DNA of 64,000 nucleotides from Eledone cirrhosa (Eukaryota). Of this stretch, positions 23,901-38,140 are shown in pieces (positions within the stretch are counted from its first letter, which is position 1; each line of letters starts with the position of its first letter). Both the position numbers and the translations under genes were made by a program. Location: the NCBI GenBank assembly GCA_964016885.1, contig OZ024764.1, positions 19,158,001 to 19,222,000 on the forward strand, given 5' to 3'. The notes below the pieces were generated by a model, which saw nothing but the letters and a program-made list of their open reading frames with translations, ran no database searches and was not told the origin of the DNA.

Positions 23901-24814
23901 GTGATACACGATGTTTACAATTACGGAGTGATTATATTACTGGACCTGAATTCTATCAAGTGGTCAAAGCTTCTAATTCTGTGAAATAGAATGGAAGTAT
24001 GGATTGACCTTTCAGTCACACCTGACTATAAATAGATTCAGGTTATTTCAAGAGGGAGATGGGATGGTTCCTCGCCATTTATAATTATTTATATTTTATA
24101 TTTGGGGGGTTTGATTTTGAAGAATTGTAAGTGTATGTTAAGGAGGAAAGTATAATTGTGTGATACAATTGCTCCAGGTTGGTTCCCTACGTTGGTGCCA
24201 CAAACAATTCTTTTTTCCTCCGAACATTTGTTATTCCTCTCCGTAGATTATAAATGGTAAAATCCGTTCGATCCAACCGAATGGAAAATCCAGTTCCTTG
24301 AAGAATATTTTGAGTTGTCTCGGACAAAGCAAAAAAAGGGGAAAGTTGAAAAGGTTTGACTCGTTTGGTGGTCAATTGCCATCTCCCAGTGTTTTTCTTT
24401 CCTTTATCATTATTGTTCAATAAATTATATTATTATACACAGTTTAGACAATATATTTGTAATGTCTTTCTCAAGGAATTGCCAGCAATTTATAATGTTA
24501 TTTACACACTTATGTTATTTATGTATATATTTAAAACATATTTACGTTATTCTACTGTAAATTTATACAATTGTAATAAAATATATTAATTATATCATCA
24601 CATAATATAAAAACGACCTTTAGAATATTTAAATATTTAGTTTTGTTAATTTATTTTTCAGCAACAACAAAAGTTTTCACTTTAATTAATTAGAGGTAGG
24701 TAAAATATAGATAATTACGATAACATTTTATATTTCCAGTAATGAAACAAACAAGAAAATATATATTTGTGATGTGAAAAGTGAGCTTAAATCTACAATA
24801 TTAATAGACATAAT

Positions 24815-24944
24815 ACTTACATTATAGTCTCAGGTGTTTAGTATTTACAGAAATGTCTAATTGATGTTGTAGGAAGACTAACACGTGGACAGGAAGTCGA
24901 GACTGCACCACTGCGCATGCTTCAATGTTTTTTTTGTGACGTAA
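24815..24944 (-). promoter_or_regulatory. Putative promoter and exon 1 of ZNF copy 1 (P2)
   Basis: CACGTG 24882-24887, CAGGAAGT, TGCGCATGC 24912-24920, TGACGTAA 24937-24944; donor GTAAGT at 24820-24815. Confidence 0.6.
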
Positions 24945-25292
24945 AAATATTTTTACCGAATTAAATTATGTAAAGTTTGTAATAAAAAATGAAGTTGAAA
25001 ACAGTAAATGTAATTAAAATAGAGAAAGTAAGGTATTGGTGGTGAGGAATGGACGGTAGACGTTTCACCTCAGTCTAGGTAGTGTATTTTACCTGTGTCA
25101 CTCGGACAATAGCCAGCGATGACCACTACACCAACCACTCTCTCCTTCAGGTGGTGTCCACTTTCGTGAGTCTGTAGAATAACAGGGCAGTGGGAAGACA
25201 GAGGACAGCAGAGGAGGTCTTGACTTGAAAAGAGTATCACTTGATACCTCGATATAGCCTGTTGGTAGAAATAGTAGGGTGCTGGATCAATC

Positions 25293-25540
25293 GAGTACCC
25301 TGACATAGATCCCCGGGTATCTCGGTAAGATCGGGTCATATGGAGGCTAAGTTGCCAGAACAGCTAAGTACCCTGGCAGAGATCACCGGGTATCTCGGTA
25401 AGATCGGGTCATATGGAGGCTAAGTTGCCAGAACAGCTAAGTACCCTGACAGAGATCACCGGGTATCTCGGGTCATATGGGGGCTAAGTTGCCAGAACAG
25501 CTAAGTACCCTCACAAGAGTCATCGGGTACTACGGTAAAG
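25293..25540. repeat. ~73-bp tandem repeat (also ~5517-5600, 46720-47040, 55272-55452)
   Basis: Unit gatcaccgggtatctcggtaagatcgggtcatatggaggctaagttgccagaacagctaagtaccctgacaga; copy number differs between units. Confidence 0.85.
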
Positions 25541-26554
25541 CCAGCCGCCAACAGTGACAACTTCGTTGTCAGTAGCCCAGCTTCTCAAACATCACAGACT
25601 GGAATAAATACTTTGCTGATAATTACTGGTAGTTTAGCTTTTATTTCGTTCGTCTACGGAAGCAGTGACCCTCACTTTTACTACAGCATGTAGGATATGG
25701 GAGGGAGAGAAAAACATCACTAACTGGGGTCTCACAAATGTGACAGTTAGTTTTGAAAATACATATACAAGATACAAGACAAATGACTAGACTGAAATAT
25801 ATTTGATAGGGAATAAAGAGTAGAATATTCTAGTCTGTGGTGTTGGAGAAGTTTGGAGGAGATAGGTCCCTGACAACGAGGTTCTTGTTATCGTTGGCAG
25901 CTCTCCTTACCGAGGTGTCAGGTGATACATATGAGGGTGTTTGGTAGTTCCAACATCTTAGCCTTGCTATCACACGAGGTAAGACTGTCTCAGAAAGTAT
26001 TAGAGGGAGACTCCAGCACCCCATGTGATGTGAGACTGATTGACAGAGTGTTGACTTAATATTTTCATTTGTTGTGATTATATGTGAAATATATCTATAT
26101 GTAAGTAACTTGGTTACGTGAATCATTGTGAATCTCGTAAATACTTAAACAGAAATCTACTTAGGACACAAAATAAAGTAGATTCCATTGTACAAAGTAT
26201 TTAAAGGACGTATATCACAAACAAGAGGGGGTGTAACGAGAGTTGTCTCCCCTTACATATGTTTTATGTTTTACAGTAGTAGAGGTTTATATGCGTTTGT
26301 CTGTCTCTCTCTCTCGGTATAAACTACCATTTGCACTGCCTCTGTTTTTTGTTCCTGTCTAATATTTAACTATATATATCTTGAGGTTGTGAGTTCGCTT
26401 CCTGGACCAGGCGATGCGTTATGTCCTTGAGCAAGACACTTTATTTCACGTTGTTCCTTCTACCTAGAGTTGCGACCGTTAGTACTAGCAATTGGAAAGA
26501 CCAATGGAAACATTGCTTCCTCGGTCCGATTTGACGAAAGTCGATCGTTCCTTC

Positions 26555-26589
<35 letters not shown>

Positions 26590-26591
<2 letters not shown>

Positions 26592-28627
26592 GTTGTACCT
26601 TGACTTAAGAGTTTAATTTGTTCCGTGGAGGACCTCGTAACTTAAATTACTCGTATGTCAAATCAATTTTCCCCACTGAAATAAATTAAAATGCCGTTAA
26701 TCCGTTCCAGACCCCCCCTCCCCCAAAACCACAGTTTGTTTTGTTACGTATTTTTAAATAAGAAAAATGTACTTATAAATAACAAATATTGTATATAAAA
26801 AAACAATACAACAGAATGTACTGCAACAAACTAGTTTTATTAAGTATAATGTACAGCATCTATCTTGGAGATCAGACGACTTGAGGATGTTGACGGAGGA
26901 GAAAGGATGAACTGAATAACTGAATCTTATTCGCTGATTTTTGCCCTTTTCGCTACGCTTTCCTCACTTTTATCTGCAGGGATTTTCAATAAAAACCTGT
27001 CTAATGAGGTTTGTTTCATCTCACTTGTTGAGATAACCTCCTCTGTGTCACCTATTTCCTGCAAAACCTCCGTGTGTTGCTGTGTCTGTAGCTCCTTTAA
27101 TTCTCCCGTTGTCAGTTCCTCGGAGTGCTCCTCGATGAGCTCGTTGATGTCACCTTCATCCATGTCCAGGCCCATGGACTTACCGAGGGGTAAAATCTCC
27201 TCCACCACTGCCGCTTCGGGTTCCAGTCTTTCAAAGTGTTTTAGACACAACCTCAGGCCACAGCTTCTTCCATGTAGAGGTCAAGGTCCTCTTTGTAAGA
27301 CCCTGCCAGGTCATATCGATAATTCTGAGGCATATCACGATGTTATAATGGTCCTTCCAGACCTCTCAAGGGTGAAGTTTGTGCTCTCCGTCACTTCAAA
27401 GCAGCGACTGAACAGGTGCTTGGTGAAGAGCTTCTTGAAATTAGAAAGTACCTGCTGGTCCTTGGGCTGTAGGTTAGGGGTGGTGTTTGGTGGAAGGGAG
27501 AGGACCTTTATAAACTTGAACTCTTCGAGGGTGGGTTGGTGAGCAGGTGCATTGTGTAGGACAAGAAGGGTTTACAGGGGTAGGTTATTTTCCTGGAGAT
27601 ATTTTTTAACGTCAGGACCAAAGACCAAATTCACCCACTCCACAAAGAACTGCCTGGTGACCCATGACCTCGGGTTTGCCCTCCACAAAACCTGCAGTTT
27701 TTCTTTCAGAATCTTATGTGACTTAAAGGTTCTGGAGTTTTCTGAATGATAAACGAGCAGCGGCTTAATCTTAGTCACCGCTCAGTGCGAGGGTTAGCCT
27801 ATCTTTCATGGGTTTGTGGCCAGGCATCCTCTTCTCCTCTGCCGTTATATAAGTCCTCCTTGGCATCTTCTTCCAAAAAAGTCCTGTTTCATCACAGTTA
27901 AAGACTTGCTGAGGGATGTATCCTTTGGCTGCTATAATTCCGGCAAAGGTTTTGAGGTAATCCTCAGCTGCCTTCATATCCGTGCTTGCTGCCTCACCAT
28001 GCCTGACAACGGAGTGAATGCCGGTCCTCTTTTTAAAATTCTCAAACCAACCCCGACTGGCATTAAAGGGCTTGTCGATGGCTCGTCCGTAGAAGTACCT
28101 GGGGTCTGCTGCAGCAAATCAGCGTAAATAGCTCGTGCCTGCTCACATATTATAATCTTCATCACAGTATCTTTTGCGAGCTGCTTCTCTGTCAACCACA
28201 CCATCAGCAGCTTTTCCATAATTTCATGGATAGATGTCCGCTGTTTAGAAATTATTTTACCACCCTTAGCTGGGGTTATAGCCTTTATCAACTCCTTCTA
28301 CTTCAGTAGGCTCCTTCTACTTCACCAAGTCCACTACACACACCTTGGTCATGTTTTTATATAATTTCTTTCTTTAATTCAATACACATCATCTGCTTCT
28401 TCTTCTCAGAACTGTCCTTCGCCCTCACTTTCTTCGAAGCCATGGGATGCTGGGCGGGTGTTATGGTATTCCCTGTGGCGGTCACTATGGCAACTAGTGG
28501 TAGGGCATCTGAAGCTGATTCGTAACCCGAATTTTACTCTGGAACTCAACGCAAAAAATCAGCCGAGAGAGGGCTCGTATCTCGAAAAACTTATTAGTTG
28601 GGACACTCGTAAGTCAAGGTACCACTG
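26590..28627 (-). mobile_element. Tigger/pogo DNA transposon with both TIRs, decayed transposase
   Basis: TIRs ctgttgtaccttgacttaagag (26590) and ctcgtaagtcaaggtaccactg (28606-28627) set in TA/CA microsatellite; FNCDETGL motif. Confidence 0.93.
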
Positions 28628-31600
28628 AATATATATATATATATTTGTGTTTGTGTGTGTGTGTGTGTATATGTATATTATGTATCTTCTGATTACTGAA
28701 GCTGGTGCATTAGATTTCACTGTCAACACTGTAAAGAGGTTGTGTAGGTGTCATGACAAAAAGTACCCAATCCACACTGTAAAGTGGTCACATTGGTGTC
28801 ATGGCAAAAAGTACCCAGTCCACCCTGTAAAGTGGTCATGTAGGTGTCACGATAAAAAGTACCTAGTACTCACTGTAAAGTGGTCATGTAGGTGTCACAA
28901 CAAAAATACCCAGTACACACTGTAAAGTGGTCATGTAGGTGTCACGACAAAAAGTACCCAATCCACACTGTAAAGTGGTCACATTGGTGTCATGGCAAAA
29001 AGTACCCAGTCCACCCTGTAAAGTGGTACTGTAGGTGTCACGATAAAAAGTACCCAGTACTCACTGTAAAGTGGTCATGTAGGTGTCATGACAAAAAGTA
29101 AAAAAGTACCCAGCCCACAGTGAAGTGGTCGAGTTGGTGAGATAGTAAAAAGCACCCAGTACTCAATGTAAATAAGGTTGGTGCTAGGAAGGGCATCCAG
29201 CTGTAGAAACCAAACCATAATTGGTTTTGTAGGAGCAACACGTGGTCACCTGACCTGGCATTGCTTACAACAGGATAACTCGTCTAACCCATGCCAGCAT
29301 GGAAAAACTGATGTAAAACAGTGATGATGATATAACATTTGTTTAATAATGAATTCCAATCTCCTTGTTAACAGCTATAGATGTCAGGATGTGAATCTTT
29401 TTACTGAAATATCTTCTCCATGTTAGTGGCTGAAGAAGATTTAGAAAACTTTCACACAATAACCGTATTCCCTAACTTCTCCCCTAAAAAATACAAGACA
29501 AGCAGGGCCAGACTTTTGCCTACTGAATCCCTAAGTTATATGAAGTTAGAGGTTCTTCTCTAAAAATATATAATTATCTTTTATATTAATGTTAATGATA
29601 AAGAATAAATAATATAATAAATATACCACCATAGGTGCTGAGGTGGCTAGCTGCTGGTGTGAACCTCACGAGATGGAATGGCTCTTCCAGCACATCTAGA
29701 ACATGACCCTCTAATATCTAGTATTTAGTAACAAACTAGTCCACCCGGGACCTGTTGGGTCACGTTGCCTTAAAATTATCTTTTAAATCATTTAAAAATA
29801 ATTTTTAAATAGTTAAAATATACCACATACCTATATATATAAATACACACACACACACACACATTTTATTAAACAACACCACCAGCTCCCACTCTCTCCC
29901 TATATTTATGAAGGTACCAGAAAACCCCGTATCTTGGGAACCTGTGCTCCAATTTATACAAATCTTGTTTTATTCCTTTCAAAGTATTTCCCCATTATGC
30001 ACTGTTTTAGCTGTATTAAATTACAGACAAGACACAATCACAGAGTTTTAGTAGTATATAGATAATATAGCTTCAAATTAAAGTTAGTAAACAACAGTTT
30101 GGAGAAATCTGTAACATTTATTAAACATTCCTCAAGTTTGTCAATTCTATAGCACAATAGTTTGTTAGTTAAAGTGTTTAGTTAGATGTTCTACATATAA
30201 AGAAGAGAGAATATTTTACCACAAATATTACAGTGGTATAATGATTTTCCCATCTCTTCTGGAAAATATTACTATGTTGATGTAAATATTTCTATTGTTC
30301 ATAATTTTATCAAATGTGATCTTTGTCAATATCCAAATATTTTGAAAACTCCTTTGTAAATATCCAAAGTTTAATCAGAATGTAAAATCATCTTGTAAAT
30401 ATTCCAGAGTGAAAAAGGAATATGTTGTTATTTATCTCAATTCAGAAGAAATATTTCACCATAATTCACCACAGACTAAACAAGTTTATATCACTTGTAT
30501 GTAACATCTTTCTGCTGTCTTTAAAAGACTCTTTTCTGTCAAGATCATGTGATATTCTGAAATAGTAGAGAAACATTATTAAGATATTTAGAAAGTAGAG
30601 ATACAACAGTGAAAACTTTACTACATCTCTATATTAATAGATATAAACCTTACATGGTGACACAAACACTGCAACACTAACTTACAGGAAAACATCTAGT
30701 TACTTCAATCAGGTGAAGAGATAAACTAGATTGACTTCATTCTCTTCAGAAAACAGGATAGACAGATGGTTGGGAATATTAACTCTTTTACTGGAGAAGG
30801 ACGTACCACTCAACATAGACTAGATACTAGGTGTAAGATCTAGAGGGACTGACAGATACAAGACTATCTGGAGATAGAAGGGTTGGAGAGTAAAATATCT
30901 CCCTGTTAAATATAAGATCTACAGGGACTGTGAGAGTGGTACAAGACAACCTAGGGAAAAGGGTAGGGATAGTAACAGATCTCCCTGTTAAATATAAGAT
31001 CTAGAGGGACTGTGAGAGAGGTACAAGACAACCTAGAGAAAAGAGTAGGGACAGTAAAAGATCTCCCTGTTAAATATAAATTCGGAGATGTTCTACATGA
31101 TACATATAATAAGGAGGAGATTGATAGCTATGACATAGAAGATATCTGGAAGTTTCTTTCAGACAGCCTGTTGTGAACCACTGATGAGATCTGTACTTGA
31201 TGTAAGCTGCCAGCCAGATGAATGTTGCCTTGGTGATGGAATAGTACAGTAGATAGAAGTTGAAATCTAAAAGACCTGAAGAGACAGGAGGGGAACAACA
31301 ATATCAAATAGTTAAAATGGAAGCTAGATATTAGGCTTACAATTTATTGATTTCTGTTGTTATTGTTAAAATCTGTTTAATCTGTGATATTTGAGACAAT
31401 GTACAGGACAATAGAATTAATATCAATGTCAGACTAGCAACAACAAAAGTTTTCATTTTATTGGCAGGTTTAAATTACAGAAGTTCCCAACCTTTACTAA
31501 AAATACAAATATATATCTTACCTGTTAAAGTATAATAAATGAAAGTTTAATGTGAAAAACTTTAATTTACACAAAATCTTCAAACACTGCTTCAAAAATG

Positions 31601-31731
31601 GAAACCTGGTGTTTATGATCCCTGTCATAGGTAAATCCTACAAGGTTAATCCTAGTTTTAACCAGGATGATGGATCTACACAATTGTTGTTGTTGTTGTA
31701 GTATGCTGTAATGAGTTTGATATTGATACAG

Positions 31732-33432
31732 CTAAACTTTTGTATGAATACGCACATGCTTGGTTAAGTTACCTCTAAGAGAGAATGATTTACCACAGAT
31801 GTCACAGTGATATGGCTTCTCTCCTGTATGAGTACGTTTGTGGGTAGTTAAGCAACTTCTATCAGTGAATGATTTACCACAGATGTCACAGTGATATGGC
31901 TTCTCTCCTGTATGAGTACGTTTGTGGGTAGCTAAGCTACTTCTGTCAGCGAATGATTTACCACAGATGTCACAATGATATGGTTTCTCCCCTGTATGAG
32001 TACGTTTGTGAGTAGTTAAGGTACTACTGTGACTGAATGATTTACCACAGATGTCACAGTGATATGTCTTCTCTCCTGTATGAATACATTTGTGAGTAGT
32101 TAGGCCACTACTATGAGAGAAGGATTTACCACAGATGTCACAGTGGTATGGCTTCTCTCCTCTATGAATACGTTTGTGAGTAGTTAAGGTATTACTGTGA
32201 CTGAATGATTTACCACAGATGTCACAGTGATATGGCTTCTCTCCCGTATGAATACGTTTGTGAGTAGTTAGGTGACTACTACGAGAGAATGATTTACCAC
32301 AGATATCACAGTGATATGGCTCTTCTCCTGTATGAATGCGTTTGTGTTTAATGAAGCTACTACTGACAGAGAATGATTTACTACAGATATCACAGTGATA
32401 TGGGTTCTCTCCTGTATGAATACGTTTGTGAGTAGTTAGGTTATCACTACGAGAGAATGATTTACCACAGATATCACACTGATATGGCTTCTCTCTTGTA
32501 TGAATACGTTGGTGTTTAACAAAGCTACTTCTGTCAGAGAATGTTTTACCACAGATATCACAGTGATATGGCTTCTCTCCTGTATGAATACGTTGGTGTT
32601 TAACGAAGCTACTTCTGTCAGAGAATGTTTTACCACAGATATCACAGTGATATGGTTTCTCTCCTGTATGAATACGTTTGTGGGTAGTTAAGGTATTTCT
32701 GTGACTGAATGATTTACCACAGATGTCACAGTGATGTGGCTTCTCTCCTGTATGAATTTGTTTGTGAACTCTGAAGCTACTACTGTCACTGAATGATTTA
32801 TCACAGATATCACATTGATATAGCTTCTCTCCTGTATGAATACGTTTGTGAGTAGTTAGGTGCTGACAAGTGAATGATTTACCACAGATATCACAGTGAT
32901 ATGGTTTCTCTCCTGTATGAATACGTTTATGGCTAGTTAAGGTATTTCTGTGACTAAATGATTTACCACAGATGTCACAGTGATGTGGCTTCTCTCCTGT
33001 ATGAATTTGTTTGTGAACTCTGACGCTGGTATTGTTACTGAATGATTTACCACAGATATCACACTTATAAGTCTTCTCTCCTGTATGAATACGTTTGTGA
33101 GTAGTTAGGTGATGACAACAAGTGAATGATTTACCACAGATATCACAATGATATGGGTTCTCTCCTGTATGAATACGTTTGTGAGTAGTTAGGTTATTAT
33201 TTTTAGAGAACGTTTTACCACAGATATCACAGTGATATGGTTTCTCTCCTGTATGAATATGTTTGTGATTAGTTAAGGTATTACTGCGACTGAATGATTT
33301 ATCACAGATATCACAGTGATATGGCTTCTCTCCTGTATGAATACGTTTGTGAGTAGTTAGGTGATTACGACGAGAGAATGATTTACCACAGATATCACAG
33401 TGGTATGGTGATTTTACTATATTTTTCGACAT
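31732..33432 (-). CDS. C2H2 zinc-finger protein, 566 aa, 20 tandem fingers, no effector domain (copy 2, intact)
   Basis: Uninterrupted ORF of C-x2-C-x12-H-x3-H fingers with TGEKP linkers; finger 7 is one residue short. Confidence 0.95.
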   Translation of the reverse strand: MSKNIVKSPYHCDICGKSFSRRNHLTTHKRIHTGEKPYHCDICDKSFSRSNTLTNHKHIHTGEKPYHCDICGKTFSKNNNLTTHKRIHTGENPYHCDICGKSFTCCHHLTTHKRIHTGEKTYKCDICGKSFSNNTSVRVHKQIHTGEKPHHCDICGKSFSHRNTLTSHKRIHTGEKPYHCDICGKSFTCQHLTTHKRIHTGEKLYQCDICDKSFSDSSSFRVHKQIHTGEKPHHCDICGKSFSHRNTLTTHKRIHTGEKPYHCDICGKTFSDRSSFVKHQRIHTGEKPYHCDICGKTFSDRSSFVKHQRIHTREKPYQCDICGKSFSRSDNLTTHKRIHTGENPYHCDICSKSFSVSSSFIKHKRIHTGEEPYHCDICGKSFSRSSHLTTHKRIHTGEKPYHCDICGKSFSHSNTLTTHKRIHRGEKPYHCDICGKSFSHSSGLTTHKCIHTGEKTYHCDICGKSFSHSSTLTTHKRTHTGEKPYHCDICGKSFADRSSLATHKRTHTGEKPYHCDICGKSFTDRSCLTTHKRTHTGEKPYHCDICGKSFSLRGNLTKHVRIHTKV

Positions 33433-33786
33433 ATCTCCTACTAAAAGATATCAATCACCTCAGTTTCTCACATAATTCACAGCTTAATACTGAGAAATTT
33501 AGTTATATTACTAAATAATTTCAAAGTGTTGAGTGTTTTTAAAATTATTTCAAAATGATGGATAGTGTCTTTCATTAGAAATGGTTAATGTTGAGGATAT
33601 GTCTGATGTAACGTGCTCTTTAATGCCAATGTCCTCTGGTATTCTGAAATAATAAAAGAACATTATAAGATACTCAGAAACTTGTAATACATCAGTACAA
33701 ATTTCATATAATATTTCTATATTGATAAATGGACTGTAATAAATACTAAGGCCTTCCTCGGTGAAGAATGTGCTGACTAACATAGG

Positions 33787-34123
33787 TTAGTTATTAGTGG
33801 TAGTAGATTATACTGAGTGATAAAAGTAGTTATTAGTGACATTAGATTAAACTGACTGATAAAAGTAGTTATTAGTGACATTAGATTATACTGACTGATA
33901 AAAGTAGTTATTAGTGGCAGTAGATTAAACTGACTGATAAAAGTAGTTATTAGTGACATTAGATTAAACTGACTAATAAAAGTAGTTATTAGTGACATTA
34001 GATTAAACTGACTGATAAAAGTAGTTATTAGTGACATTAGATTAAACTGACTGATAAAAGTAGTTACTAGTGACATTAGATTAAACTGACAGATAAAAGT
34101 AGTTACTAGTGACATTAGATTAA
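33787..34123. repeat. 39-bp minisatellite, about 9 copies
   Basis: Same unit and flanks as 16297-18627. Confidence 0.97.
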
Positions 34124-34334
34124 CCCTTTAGTATTCACATTACTCTATATTTACTATTATATTTTCACAGTAAATGGTTTATCTCACATAATATCAAATC
34201 TATGAGATTTTCATGTTATTTATTTTGAGAACAATACCTTAACATAAGTATAAGTGACCAATTACGGCCAGTTTGAACAGAAAGACATGAGACAATTCTG
34301 GCCAGATATGGCCAGTTTATATACTAAAGGGTTA

Positions 34335-36980
34335 AGGAAATTAGGTGTAGAAGAATGGCTTGTGAGAAGCTGTCAGTAAAGTGTGTCTAGTGAGGAATTG
34401 AAGGTACAGGTAGGAGTTCATCATGGTTTAGTTCTTAGCCCACTGTTGTTCATCATAGTTCTCCAAGCCATAACAGAGAGGTTTAAGACTGGCTGTCTAT
34501 GGAAACTTCTCTATGTAGATGACCAGCTATAGATATAGAATTTGAAATGGTAAGTTCTGAGAATATACTTAGCCAAAACTAAAGTGGTAACGGATAGGAG
34601 AGAAGACCCTGACACCTTCAGGAAAGTGGCCCTGCTCCATATGTAGAAAAGGAATAAGTAGGGATAACCACAATGACAGAGACCTAGTTATAATAGCAGG
34701 GGACTTCAATGGTCATGTTGGACAGCTCCAGGATGGATATACTGGGGTACAAGGTGGTCATGGTTATAGCTCAAGAAATGAAGGAGTGAGGCTTCTTGTA
34801 TTTTGTGATGCAAGTGAACTAACCATTTGCAACACTTCAAGAAACCTACCAACCACCTAATAACCTACCAATCAGGAGAGCACATGAGACAGATTGACTT
34901 CTTGCTAGTTAGGCAGTAAGAGAGACAGATGGTGTCAAATACTAAGGCATACCCCAGGGAACAATGTAACCCCCCAACATAGGTTAGTCGTTAGTGACAT
35001 CTCAGTAAGCAAGAGACAAAATGAGACATACAAGAAGGTGTGAAAAAGGAAGGTCTGGAAACTAAAAGACCTTTCACTAAAATATAAACTTAGGCAAGCC
35101 CTTCAAGATGTGTATGATGAAAAAGAAGACGTTTTAGCGTCGTATGACATAGATGATAACTGGAATTTCTTACGTGACAACTTACTGCAGGTTACTCATA
35201 AAACTTGTGGCTGGAGCAGAGCTCCAACCAGACAGAGAGTGACCTGGTGGTGGAACAGCACGGTAGATAGAGCCATTAGAGACAAAAGACTAGCATGGAA
35301 TGTTTGGAAAAATTGTAGGGGTAGAGACCGATACACAGCCGCTAAGAGAGAAGCTAGATGTCACGTCTACTTAGCACGCAGGGAGGCTGAGAGTAGGAGG
35401 TTTGCCAATGTTCTGCGACGGGAAGATCAGAGGCGTGCAGTGTTCCACATTGCAAGGCAGTGTGTCTGTGAAAATCAGGATGTTGTTGGAGATAAATGTG
35501 TCCGGGATGATGCCGGTGTACTTAGTGTCACGAATGATCAGAAAAAGAAGGCCTGGAAATGTCATTATGAGAGACTGATGAATGTGGAGAATGAATAGGA
35601 GAGAAACTACCTTCAGTAGACCCGACAGAAGGACCAGCTATTGAGATTGACGACTATAGGGTCCAAGAGGTAATTAAGGAAAGGAAAAATGGAGGTCTGC
35701 TGGACTGTTGGGGATAGTTGCTGAGATGCAAAATGCATCAGGAGAAGTAGGAATTAAACTGGTTGCACGCATCATTAATCAGGCTATATATGGTGGTGTC
35801 ATACCCAAAGATTGGTGCAGCAGTATTCTCATAAATTGCGGTAAAGGTAAAGGGGATGTTCTGGAGAGGAGTAATTATAGAGGCATAAAACTGATGGATC
35901 AGGTTATGAAAGTGACAGAAAGAATACTAGCGCAACTTAGAGAAAGGGTCAAACAGATGCCCTCTTCTTAGTGAGACAACTACAAGAGAGGTTCTTAGAG
36001 AAGAATAAACTACTATACTTAGTTTTTGTTGACCTAGAAAAGGCCTTTGATAGAGTACCCCAATCTGTCATCTGGTGGTCCCTAAGGAAACTAGGTGTAG
36101 AGGAATAGTTTGTGAGGACAATGCAAGCTATGTACAGAGGTGGTGTCAGTAAAGTGAGGGTAGGAATAGAGTTTAATAAGGAATTCCAGATACAAGTAGG
36201 AGTACATCAGGGTCGGTCCTCAGCCCGCCCTTGTTCATTATAGGCCTCCAGCCATAAAAGAGGAGTTTATGACTGGCTGCCCATGGGAACTTCTCTAGGC
36301 TGACGATGTGGTTCTTATAGCAGAATCAGTAGAGGAGCTAGAGCATAAATTCTGGCTATGGAAACCGCAGTTGGAAGCAAGAGGACTGAGAGTGAACCTA
36401 GCTAAGTCAAAAGTGTTGATGAGTAGAAAAGAGTACAAAACTCTCATTCCATCAGGGAAATGGCTTTTTCAATATGTAGAAAAGGAACTGGCATAAATTC
36501 TATAATGTACACAATGCAGATTTTGGGTACACAAGAAATGTAGTGGGATAGCAGGCAAACTAACAGGTAGGGAAAACTACATATGCAGTAGATGTACAGG
36601 GACATTTGACAGTAGAAGTCGCATTGATAGACACATTTTTCAAATGCAGGAAGGATGTACAGAGGTGGTTGATAGCTTCCGATACCTAGGTGATCAGATT
36701 AGCATGGGAGGAGGGTGCTCAGAGGCCATAGTATCTAGAATAAGGACGGGTTGGAAGACGTTTAGGGAGCTGCTTGCTCTGTTGACAAAGAAGGGTTTCT
36801 CCCTAAGAACAAATGGCTGGTGATGCCTGCGTGAGATGTGTGATGCTGCATGGTAGTGAGACATGGACAGTAACTGTGGAGGATATGCGATGGCTGGAGA
36901 GAAATGAAGCAAGTATGCTCCGTTGGATGTGCAATGTCAATGTGCATCAACGACCAAGCATAGATGAGTTGAGAGAGAAT
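34335..36980 (+). mobile_element. Old RTE LINE, heavily decayed (EN-RT-C-terminus, preceded by an extra RT fragment)
   Basis: VTWWWN, NYRGIKL, FVDLEKAFDRVP, FRYLG, LHGSETW; many stops. Confidence 0.92.
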
Positions 36981-37019
36981 GCACAACATGGCCATACCAG
37001 TGCATGTGTCTCCTGTGAA

Positions 37020-37380
37020 ACACATCCTTGAGGTTGTCGATCAGCAGTTTTTTTAGGAGCTCAGTTGAGCTGACATCATCCTCAATGGTCACACTACACA
37101 TCCAGTGGATCATAGCTCTGTCATTTCTTCAGAGTCAATTCAGACAGTCAGATAACATGGCCCAGGTCTCGCTGGCATGAAACAACACACTTCTCCCACA
37201 GGTGTTATAAATCTGCCCCATGGTGTCTAATGGTAGCCAGCATGTCTAGGAGAAGCTGCCTAAACTTGTTACCTGTGGAGTGGCACAGCACAATGGCAGT
37301 GAACTTGGCTCCACTTCCAGCTGACATGTCACACAGGTAGCAGAAAGATGTCACCACATCCAGCTTGTCCTCACCAACAG
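37020..37380 (-). mobile_element. Divergent RTE fragment
   Basis: Minus strand gives KLDVVTSFCYLCD and YNTCGRSVLFHASETWA. Confidence 0.65.
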
Positions 37381-37529
37381 GCCTCTAGTTATAAAGGTTA
37401 TCATTGACCAACACTGACACCCCTCAGGGTAGACTGAACCAACACTTACACCCCCCAGGGTGGACTGAACCAACATTTACCACAGGTCTATAAATAACTG
37501 TATTACCCTATCATGATACTATAACATTA

Positions 37530-37939
37530 AAAACCTAAAACTCTGTGATTGTGTCTTGTCTGTAATGTAATACAGCTAAAACGGGGCATAATGGGAAAAT
37601 AGTTTGAAAGGAAGTTGACCCTGAAATGGGAATACAAATGGGATAAAATAAGTTTCACGTAAATCAGAGCACAGGTTCCCAGGATATGGGTTTTTTCTGG
37701 TACCTTTATAAATAGAGAGAGAAAGATAATGGGTGTGTGTGAGAGAGATAGCTGGTGGTGCTGTTGAACGAAGTTATAAAATTAGAACAAGTGACTTGTG
37801 TGTGTCTGTGACAGACATTCATATATATATATATATACTACTAATTTCATTTTACATTATAGACATGTCTGTGTATATTTTAATTATTTAAAAATTATTT
37901 TTAAAGGGAACGTGATCCAACAGGTCACAGGTGTTCTAG
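37530..37939 (+). mobile_element. Non-autonomous Helitron, same family as 10254-10620 in the opposite orientation (also ~43905-44329, and ~49345-53435 split by RTE)
   Basis: ctaaaactctgtgattgtgtcttgtc body; 3' hairpin gtga(t/c)c-caaca-ggtcac then CTAG|T; 5' TC end eroded. Confidence 0.72.
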
Positions 37940-38026
37940 TAAGATTATAAATACAAACACACAAAAGATAGAATCTACTCAAACCTTAATATCTCAGACC
38001 CCAGTAGATTACTGGAACTTTAATTT

Positions 38027-38140
38027 ATCCACTCCGTTAGAATGAAAGACAAAGTTAACTTTGGTGGGATTTGAACTCATAACATAAAGGGTTGAAATCC
38101 CGCCGAGGCTAGCTTTGCCCTCCATCTTTACGGGGTTGAT
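38027..38140. repeat. Head-to-head inverted pair of SINE-like fragments (also ~44418-44532, ~53523-53636)
   Basis: atccac(t/c)ccgttagaatgaaagacaaagttaactttggtgggatttgaac versus gttgaaatcccgccgagg(c/t)tagctttgccc..catctttacggggttgat. Confidence 0.7.
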
